A stretch of DNA of 56,518 nt, filler included, from Platydemus manokwari (lineage: Eukaryota), in assembly GCA_037951405.1 (NCBI GenBank). It is 5 parts of 5 records of this genome, joined end to end, with 100 filler letters (N's around TTAATTAATTAA, not from the genome) between each part and the next. Parts side by side here need not be neighbours in the genome. Positions count along the whole stretch, not along the records: positions 33,454 to 45,112 come from JBBMOY010542218.1; positions 45,213 to 56,518 come from JBBMOY010775535.1; 3 more parts are not named here. One strand, given 5' to 3'. Below, in pieces: positions 40,139-49,705 of this stretch. The notes beneath the pieces are model-generated. The model was not told the DNA's origin. It did no database searches and saw only the letters and a list, made by a program, of their open reading frames with translations. Position numbers and translations under genes: made by a program. Within the stretch, counting starts at the first letter, position 1. Every line of letters starts with the position of its first letter.

Positions 40139-40789
40139 TAACAACAAAATTTGTTAGTAAAACAACAACGAAGACTATGAGAACATCAGTTAATAATATC
40201 ATGACCCTCAAAAGTTATAAGAAACCCAGAGTGAAATCACCCCAAACATAATGAAGGTCGGAGCAGTTATCTCCAGTCTGACCACCATAATGATAATGTT
40301 CATAAGCTATAAGTTGTATAGGAAATATTGCAGAGACAACCCTCGTGTATGGGAAGTCAATCTATAGCAATTTCAGAAAAAAATAAATTCTCGTTGTAAA
40401 ATCTTTGGTTATTTAATTTCAATCAATTTGTATAAGTATCAATGGGACCAGAAAATCAATATGTACATAAAAAGTAGTTATTTTAATAATTTAGAAATTT
40501 TAAATGAAAAAAATTTGTGTAAATATCAGAAATCAATATATAAAACAATAGTTGATTACTTCAAATTATGTAAAAATAAAAATAAACTTTTATGTCAAAG
40601 AATGTATGAAGGATTTAAATATTGTAGATATAAAATAAAGCATGGTGAATTAATAAATGTAATTAATTTTCTTACAAAAATGACAGCAAATAAAATAATG
40701 GGAAAAAATAATTTAACCAATAAGAAAATTCCTGAAAAATCCTTACCCAATGAAAAAATCACGCATACATAATCAACCAACCAAAATCA

Positions 40790-42658
40790 TGCGCTAAGCT
40801 CATATAAAAGAAACTCTTTAGTAGATAAAAATCATAAATTCCTAGACGTAAATATTGATTGACAACTGTACAAGTAAGGATTTGTTATTTTAATATTGGC
40901 ACCAATTACGATATCATGATTACAGACATGGAACCAGCTACGAGTATAGTGCAATATTACCCTAGACGTTTTTACAACGCCATCCGTGCAGCAGTAAGAA
41001 AAGCACCGTTCGGGATTGGCAGAAGAATATTTTCAGATGCAATCCACATACCCAACAATTTGAAAACAGCGTCCCAGTCTAAAAGAACAGTATTAATTCT
41101 GCATTCACAGGAGCAGGGAGTGTTCAAATTGAAGGACATCCTTCCAATACTCAAATTTGCCCCACAAGAACTTAAGATACACAACGTTCAAAGCGATGTC
41201 TTTATCGAATACCCAGAAGAAAAAATTGAACTTGAAACGCAAGCATCAATAACCATTTATATGAAATCTCAAATTCGACCCAATTTTCAGAATGATTACA
41301 CGCAGATAAAAATCAAAGCAAAAACTATTCCATATTCGATAATGATAGAATGTATTGAATCGGAGCAATTAGAACCCGTTGAATTAAGAGAGAGCCGTTA
41401 AATTTCAATTTACTGAACATGCCTTTCCTTGGTCCGAAAAATGAGATGTCATTTTTAAGAAATATCATCCCGATAAACCAGCAAGAAGTAAAAAAGCTGA
41501 CAGTCTTCTTCGATGCCAAATATGCAATTGATTTTAACAATAAAGAGTATCCAGTGTGGATATGTTTAAAGGATAACAGAAGAAATGACATTTTTAATGA
41601 AATTTGTTGCCCGAGGCAAGAGATCAAGCATTACCAGGAAAATAAGACACACACAGCAGAAAGCATGACCAGAGGAGCTATGGATGCTGAAGATGCCAGG
41701 AGAAAGGTGATAGAGTTAACCAGGGGAAAGATACTGGGTGGCTATGATCTTAAAAGGAAACTAAAAGCAGTCTCGATTTATATGGAAGAACTACTTGGAG
41801 TCAGGGATCTAAAGGGATAAATTGCTGTAGAAAATGAAATGAGAAGAAACCGGCATTTTCTGAGCAAAAACTTGCACGCGGCCATCGTGGAAAGGAAGAT
41901 GCCACAATTCAGGAATCGAACTGATGAAATTGATGCAATAATGAACATCTATCAGAAAATTGAGTCAAAATGGCAAGATAAAGAAGGAGACAATGACGAA
42001 ACTAGATGGAAACAAAAAATTCAGGATGAAGGACAACAAATGATAAAAAAGCCACCAACATATTCGAGTGGGCAGACGAGGAAATATTGACTGAAAATAC
42101 TATTATACGAGCCAAAAATCAAATATGGAAACTCAAGTCAGCAGAGGAACAAGTCCTGGAAAACAAGAGGAATAAATTTTGGAAAAAAAATATTCGGGAG
42201 TTCAAGACTTTGAGCGGATGGAAAAAATTCAGGTAATTAATTATTGCAATGAAATTCAGCCAGCAGCAGAAAAAATGGAATTGGACAATGAAAAAGAGTG
42301 CAAAGACGATGATGAATACGAACTCACATCTGAAGATGAAAGATTCCTAGAACAACTCTGTCAAGAGTCCATAATCGAGGATCAAATGCTGAAAAATGAA
42401 GAGGAATTCGAACAATTATGGCGAGAAGCGGAAGAGTATATTCGCCAGGATATTGTCAGAAACTCCAATCTCAACCCTAATGGGGAGGAATTCATCCCGA
42501 GACAATTATAGATGAGCACCAATGAAAAGAATCAGCCAATTGAAGTAAATGAAAGGAAACGAAAACGATCTGAAAATGCTGATGAGCCTCTAAAAAGAAA
42601 AAGCATGAGGACATGCTTCCATCAATCCCCGAGTAGTGTTGGGGATCGATCGATTTAA
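40790..42658 (+). pseudogene. Decayed long accessory ORF: unknown domain + DEDDh (REXO4/ISG20/PAN2-like) exonuclease fold + PAIP2-like acidic/PAM2 region + NLS
   Basis: ORFs 40859-41401, 41419-41820, 41839-42090 and 42179-42511 are joinable through a few frameshifts and single in-frame stops (41818-20, 42509-11). Motifs VFFDAK, GKILGGYDLKRKLKAV, VRDL, DAIMNIY, SNLNPNGEEFIP, RKRKR..KRK. Confidence 0.7.
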
Positions 42659-42752
42659 CAATTACTTTGTGTGCAAATAATACTTTTTTATTTTATTTTT
42701 GTGTTTTATTAACATTTAATGAACTTTTATATGTATAAAAGTAATTCTTATT

Positions 42753-42761
42753 AAAAAGGGG
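42753..42761 (+). promoter_or_regulatory. Polypurine tract preceding the 3' LTR
   Basis: aaaaagggg, 1 nt upstream of TGTTAA. Confidence 0.6.
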
Positions 42762-42762
42762 T

Positions 42763-44006
42763 TGTTAATTAGTAATTTTGTAACAATTTTTAGTGGAGAC
42801 GGTTGAATGATTTAGTATTAATGTATTTTTAGAAATAGTAATTAAAATGTTAGGAACCTTTTCGATACATTTGACATGGTGTCAAATGTATCAGAAATTT
42901 TTATCAATTTTTCGTAAATAATTTATGAACACAATTCCAGAGGGAGTTATAACGAAATATTTATAATAATAATAGTTTATAATAATATTGATAATTTATA
43001 TAAAATTACGTAATAATTATTATTTGAAGTGGCAACAATATAATTTATATTAAACAAATTAAAATGGCAACAGAATTAAATAATTAAAGGGAATAATATT
43101 ATAATATTTCTAGCATTAAAATTCTATAGTAATTTTAATAACAATCAATATTCGGAAAAACCCATGGGGAATTTTAAATATTGTAGCGATTTTAATCATT
43201 TAAGCCTGACGAATAAGAATAGTATAAATACAAGTTCAAATATCAGAACTTGCCCATTAATTTACGAAACCACAAGCCGATAGTACGTTTGCAAGAAGAT
43301 TATTAATACCAATCTCTCGAAGTTTAGAAGAATTGCTCGACCACAGATCATACGCCATTTTATGCCAATTTGCCATTTCAAGTAGTAAGTCAGATTTTGT
43401 GTAAACTACTGATTATCAATCTATAGTACGTATTGTATAGCCTTCTATTATAGAGTTTTACTCAAACACCTTTGGTAACTGGTTTTACGCCAAGAGCAGG
43501 CTGTATTAACCACTGTCATCTGGAATTTTTAGGTAAACCCGTCATCCGAATTTTTATATTGTTGTATAAAAGTATCGGAAATTGTAATTTTGTTATCGTA
43601 TCAATAAACCTTTTATTTAGTCAAACGTGTTGGAATTATCAATTGATATTTTAAAGTTAATATTGTTGAGACTGATTAGGATTAAAACACCCCTTTCGGA
43701 TCATTGTTGCCAATCATTTCTATCTTCATGTAGATTTGATTGCGAGGTGAATAAAGAAGACAATATAATGTTTAAGTGTACCCTGGGCTTGATTAGAACT
43801 CGCCAGAGACTGATCAAGACAACAGTGATCCTTGAGCAAAATCATTAACATTGAAATAACATTGAGACTGATTAAAACAAACAAATTAAAAATACAAGCC
43901 CAAAACGCAAAATCTATAAGAATTAGCATTTTTGATATTTTATTGTGCACAGAAATTAAAAAATTAATTAATGATAATTTTTTATTTATATTTACCTAAA
44001 AAAACA
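42763..44006 (+). mobile_element. 3' LTR (~1.24 kb), termini TGTT...AACA
   Basis: Preceded by a PPT; shares collinear blocks with 47566-48741 and 12333-12965 (e.g. ggatcattgttgccaatcat; gcttgattagaactc..gactgatcaagac; tatagagttttactcaaa). The 3' end is approximate. Confidence 0.65.
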
Positions 44007-45112
44007 TTGATAATAACGAGTCGTATTCGTTGTTGTTGTTATTGATGGAAATGTTATGATATTCTGGCGATAATAATGATTTGAATCAATTAGACAATCT
44101 CTATGATTCAAATATTATTTTATTTTAGTCCGTTAAAAGCAGATTAATAAGTATCCACTAAAAATTTGACTCCTCACTGAATTAAGGTTACCTTTATAAA
44201 TTTGAATAAATAATAACAAATAAGAATTATAAATGATATTTTTATTAATCAGTAATTACACAATATATGATCAAGTAAAATTAAAAGGATAAGCTTTATG
44301 CCCTGAAGTAATGAAAATCGGCGGAGGGTTTAGGTTCTCCCTTCTCCGAATACAAACTAAGAGAATGAAAAATGATTTTTAAGATCTACGAACTCTAATT
44401 TTCTTCAACTAATCCCATGTCGGAGATTGATGAAAAAATGATAATTTATAAAAACAAATAGAAAGTTACCATTGCAAGTGTAACGAATAAATAATTCCGC
44501 TGATCTTAGAATTCTATGTTCAGTAATATGCATCACAGGAAGCAGTTGATCATGAAGTTTCACGGATTATGATCTCTGAATGACAGCAATATGAGTTGCT
44601 GAATACTGACGTATGAATATAATGATCACCTTATTTCAGTGTGTGAAATATTTGTGCGATTTTTACTCAAATTTGTTTGCATATATACTGTTTCTCACGA
44701 GTTGCTGACTAAGCGTATAACACATAGTCAAGCTTCCTCGGAGCTTTCTGACGTTGCCATGGTTTTATTACTGAATAATTGAAGTTTCCATGGCAACTTA
44801 TGATTTGGTCATGTGAATTCTAAATTAGTCACTGCTGGGTAATAATGGTTTTTCTAAATTGGTCATATAATTTTATAATATAACTTGTTTTATAATTTTC
44901 TATTACGTAATTTTATATGTAATTTTTTAATTATTATATTATCTGTATTATATTATATGTATACTGGTCGACAAGATGTTTAACCCGGTCTTAATTAATA
45001 TACATTAAGGCGTTTTCCCAATTATTATTGTTGAGTTATTAGTATAACTGATTAATTATATGGTTATAAACACGAAAATAAATTGAAACCGTTTTCACAT
45101 GGTTATAAATAA

Positions 45113-45212
45113 NNNNNNNNNNNNNNNNNNNNNNNNNNNNNNNNNNNNNNNNNNNNTTAATTAATTAANNNNNNNNNNNNNNNNNNNNNNNNNNNNNNNN
45201 NNNNNNNNNNNN
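45113..45212. other. Assembly gap with linker
   Basis: 44N + TTAATTAATTAA + 44N. Confidence 0.98.
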
Positions 45213-46860
45213 TGATCAGTTCTCACAATAAATTTCTTACCATATAAGTAGTGCTTAAATTTTTTAACAAACACATAGATGGCTAGCAATTCTTTTCTTG
45301 TTATACAATATTTATGCTGCCCTTTTGTCAGTATTCTTGATGCGTACGCTATCACAAGTTCTTCTCCGTTTTGTATTTCCCTTCAAATTTCCATTCTCTG
45401 CATGAAATTAATGATAATTTCGATTTATGAAAAGATGTTGTTACTAAATCGCTCCACTCAAATTTACTGTCTTTCTTCAGTAATTGGTATAGTGGTTAGG
45501 TAAAACCAACAAAATATTTTATAAACCGCCTATCATAACCACATAATCCAAGATGATCCTGTAGTTCCTTGACACATTGAAGTTTTAATCAATTTTCTAT
45601 TTCCCCAATTTTTTCTTCATCTCTTCGTTTACCTCAATTTTTTACCCTTAATTTCCTAAATGCTTAATTTCTTTTCTAAAGAAAAATAATTTTTGGTGCC
45701 ATTTTAAACCCAGCCTCATCGATTCGATTCAAAACCCTTTCCAACTTTTTATTGTTTTCATCGACTGTTCTTTCAAATATTCGAATATCATCTAGATAGA
45801 AAGATAGACTACACAGTTTGTCCAATTTTCAGTCTTCATTATCACATTCATAATTGTCTGAAAAGTTGCGGGCACTGAATATAATCCAAAAGACATTCGA
45901 TTAAACTGAAATTGCCTGTATCTAGTGTTAAATTGTGTTTTTTCCTTTACTTCTTTTTCTAATTCAACTTGATAATATCCGTTTGCCAAATCTATTGTTG
46001 AAAAATATCTGGCTCCTTGCACAGCAACAAATATGTCTTCGGAATTCGATATAAGAAAAATTGAACTGGACGTAGCAGCATTTAACTTCATAGTCTTCGC
46101 TGATTACATTAAGCTCAGTTCCTGTGTCAAAACTTATATTCACTTTCTCATCTTCAACTTTACTATCGACTATTGGTAAGCTTTTTGTCTTTTCTGGTCT
46201 GCGATTCGTTGAAACCGTGTCTGTTTTGCCAACATTCGTTTTGGTTTAGCTCCTTGAATATTCACAAACTGTGCATAATTGACTTCGGTCGAATTGAATT
46301 GTTTGTCCCTAGACTTTTTTGGCTTAAAAAGTCACCAATATCCAACATATTGCAATCTTTCTCAGAAAGTGTATCCAACCCCCAGATATTGTCCTCTTCT
46401 AATGTGATGCTTCTGTCCTATGTATTTAAGTATTTGATTTGTACGACAGATTCTTTGCTGATGGGAACCAGCATATAGAAAACATTCAATTGTCTCACAT
46501 TAACGAGCATAATGCCATTTTTGTTAACAAGTTACGGCATCTATTGATTTGGAACCTGATTTCCGAAAAGTTTCGTTGTTCTATTAATTTGGCAATGTTT
46601 TGCTTGAGCCTTAAATTTGCTAATGATGTCCTTTTCGTCTGATTTTATGCGTTTCAGATCCCACGGTATATCCAAATCTTCTTATTCTTGATTTGAGACA
46701 TCAGTTTCTTCCTTGATAAGTATGACCACTTCATCTATATTCTTTAGGTTTGATTTCTTCAGGCCAAATGTATAGATCTCATTAAGAATCCCTTTAATGA
46801 ATATCTTCTTGGAAATTTCTTCCTTATTTTTAATATTAATCCCAGTCACGAAAAATTTAA
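45213..46860 (-). mobile_element. Ty3/gypsy gag-pol remnant (gag, protease, RT, RNase H) with internal deletions
   Basis: FDTGTELNVIS (protease); GARYFSTIDLANGYYQV..TQF..FQFNRMSFGL..PATFQ..CVVYL (RT); IAYASRIL..YCITRKELLAI..FKHYLYGKKFIVRTD (RNase H). Confidence 0.92.
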
Positions 46861-47565
46861 CTTTTTTTGAAAAAACTTAGATGGACTATGTAACAGTTAA
46901 ATATAATAATAATTATATTTAATTAAAAATCACATTTGTTTAAATTAAATGTTAGTAAAAAATAAATTACTTTCAAAGTGTGAATCTCGTCTTCTGTCTT
47001 TATACCCAACTTAGATAAAAATCACGAGTCTTACAATTATTATTATTACTATTTTGCCAAAATAACAACTTATAAAATATTATAAATTTATAAATATTAT
47101 TATAAACATTAAAAGGCATATTATTGGCATATTTATGTGCCACCCATTTGTCTAACAAGTTTACTCATGCTTTTACCAATATTTCCAGTTGTAATAACGA
47201 TTATATGTTTTTCTATCATTTACAGCATCAAGTATTTGAGAGTACATTATATCAATCGATAAAAAAAATAAAATAGAACACATAATATAAATGGAGGACA
47301 CAATCAATAAACAAAAAAAATAATAAATGCATCAAGTAACTTCTACTGAAAGGACCAGGTGATTATGAATTCAAGAAGATATGGCAATAACAAGAAGCAT
47401 GTTTATTTTAGTTTTGATTTAATTTTAGAAACAAAATAATAAATCAATAGCATCACATTGATATGGCCTTCTATATTTTAAAAAATCCTAAAAAGAAAGT
47501 ACTCATAAAGTATATCAAAACATAAAATATAACCATTAATCTGTAAAAAGTTGCACGACAAGGAT

Positions 47566-48741
47566 TGTGTAAAGAAAAAGCATAAAAATAATGACCAAAT
47601 GAGATAATTCGCCATTTCAAGATGAATAGGCATGAAAGATAAAAATGATTTATTATTGATACCTTAAATTTTGGACATAATTTACCAAGAGAATTTTAAT
47701 ATAAAAATTATTACGAAATTATAATTAAATTATTATCGTTAAAAATTATATCTTGATATATTACAATGGCTAGATAAGTTAAATCTTTAGGGAATAATAT
47801 TTAATATAATGATTTAATATAAAGATATGAGATATTTATAATAATGTAACAAAATACATATTCAACATTATTATAAGCGCCGTTTCAATTAAGAATAAAT
47901 AGGATTTGGAACATTACAACTGCCCATAAATTACTGAAACCACTAAGAAGCATATTTATTATGAAATCTACGATTTGCCAAAGAAGCCTGCGAATTATTC
48001 GACTCGATTTCCAGATTCAACCATTGTATTAATTTATTATTCAAGTCAAAGTGAGTCCGACTAATAGTATAAAATATTAATCGGTATTATATATTGTATC
48101 GTATATTTTCATACTATAGAGTTTTATCTCAAAAAAACCTCATCACGGTATTTGGTTCGGCTTCTCGAGATGAAGTTTGCAACCGTTTCTTATTTCCAGA
48201 ATTGTAAGACAATTTTGATTATACGCATAGTGTAATTATAAATAGCAAATTTATAATTGGTGTCAATTTATATAATAATAAAACTTACTGAATTCGATAG
48301 TTGTTAATTTGATAACGTACATAACATAGTTATAAGATAATTAAATTTGAGACAGATAATAGGAAAAGTATTTGGATCATTGCTGCCAATCATACTCTCA
48401 TCAAATAGTAATGATTGTCAGGTGAAGATAAGAAATAGTAAATTAAGGTTTAATAGATTGTACCTTAAGCTTGATTAGAACTCATTAAGATTGATCAAGA
48501 CGGCATTGATCCACAGTAACAAAATAGAAAATAATAAAACTGACAAGATAAAACATAAATCCACATGCTCGAAACACATCATATTAAATAAATTATTTTA
48601 TCTTATGTGTTATTTCATTTATACACGCAACATATTAATCTGTTAAGAATTAGATATTGGTTTTAACATTAATTTATAAAAAATCATCGATCGTCATATT
48701 GTTGATTTGTTTAATAGATCATCAGATTTTAAATAATTAAA
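47566..48741 (+). mobile_element. 5' LTR of a related LTR element (start approximate)
   Basis: Collinear similarity to 42763-44006 from about 47680 to 48580; followed by a PBS-like sequence. No clean terminal CA. Confidence 0.65.
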
Positions 48742-48743
48742 TT

Positions 48744-48755
48744 TGGTGAGCCCGA
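48744..48755 (+). promoter_or_regulatory. Primer-binding site, tRNA-Trp-like
   Basis: TGGTGAGCCCGA versus the tRNA-Trp PBS TGGTGACCCCGA (1 mismatch), directly after the LTR copy. Confidence 0.55.
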
Positions 48756-49312
48756 TATCATTCGGGATATACCAGTACTTGTCATTCGCAATGTTTCTCA
48801 AGCTTTTCAAAGTAATTAATCAACTCTTAGAGTTATATTATAATTATGTGATCAATGACGGGAAGCATATCCGATAGAGTTCGCTACAAACTTTCCAATT
48901 ATTAACAATGATAAGATTAAAACGAAAACAGTACTTACAGAAAAGAAAAACAGAAAAAGAAAACTGACGGTGACACAAAAGTCCAGTTCGAAAACAGAAC
49001 CAACGATAATGTCGTGATACATATAATATATTCATTCAATGACGAAAGTACAAAATAAGCAATCTTCAAAAGAGTTCCAACAGAGAAACGCATTGACGAA
49101 AGACACAGAGCATTTACAATTTAATCAAAGGAAACAAAACCGATTGAGCACGCTAGTTAGTTTACACATTAGACTGTTGAGTTGTATAACATCAAATAAA
49201 CATCAACAACAACCCAACAATAAAATTTGGTACTCCGCGTGAGGACTGAGTTAAATAGATTTTTATTTGCTTTTGTAAAGTTTATTCATTTTCTTTTACC
49301 TTTCATATTGCG

Positions 49313-49705
49313 AAGTATTCAACTTACTACATACAATTATGGTTCCGTTTCTTGTTCCAGAGTGTCGATCTTAATACCCGATGATTTGTCTAGACTCTAG
49401 ATTGATTGTAATCTTCATTAGTTGCTTTTCTCATGGCTATACTTTTTGTTGTTTTTCTTAATCAGTTTGTTATTGATGATTCATGTTAAAATGGTTTCAA
49501 CATATCAGAAAATATTTTTCGATAAGGAAAGGATTTCGTTGGCCTAATTTCATTATGACAAATTTTCGTGTATGATTTGATTTTATAAATTAATTATTTA
49601 TTTTTTTATTGTTGTGTTTATCGAATATTTCGATAGTCATTTTTAGATTGACTTTATTTGGAACAAGAAACGGAACCATAATTGTATGCAGTAAGATGAA
49701 TACTT
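49313..49705. mobile_element. MITE/foldback element with 47-bp inverted repeats
   Basis: aagtattcaacttactacatacaattatggttccgtttcttgttcca (49313-49359) versus the reverse complement of 49659-49705; 2 mismatches. Confidence 0.85.

Noticed and set aside
41419-42090. Host REXO4/ISG20L2/PAN2 gene, or nidoviral ExoN
   Set aside because: Intronless, disrupted and embedded before a PPT/LTR; lacks the zinc fingers of nidoviral ExoN.
10261-45212. Palindromic TTAATTAATTAA occurring four times
   Set aside because: Always centred in 100-bp N runs; an artificial all-frame-stop scaffold linker, not biology.
42763-48741. The two LTR copies as one element enclosing the gypsy pol at 45.2-46.9 kb
   Set aside because: The first copy follows a PPT and the second precedes a PBS (wrong order); they are highly diverged, the pol is antisense, and a gap intervenes.
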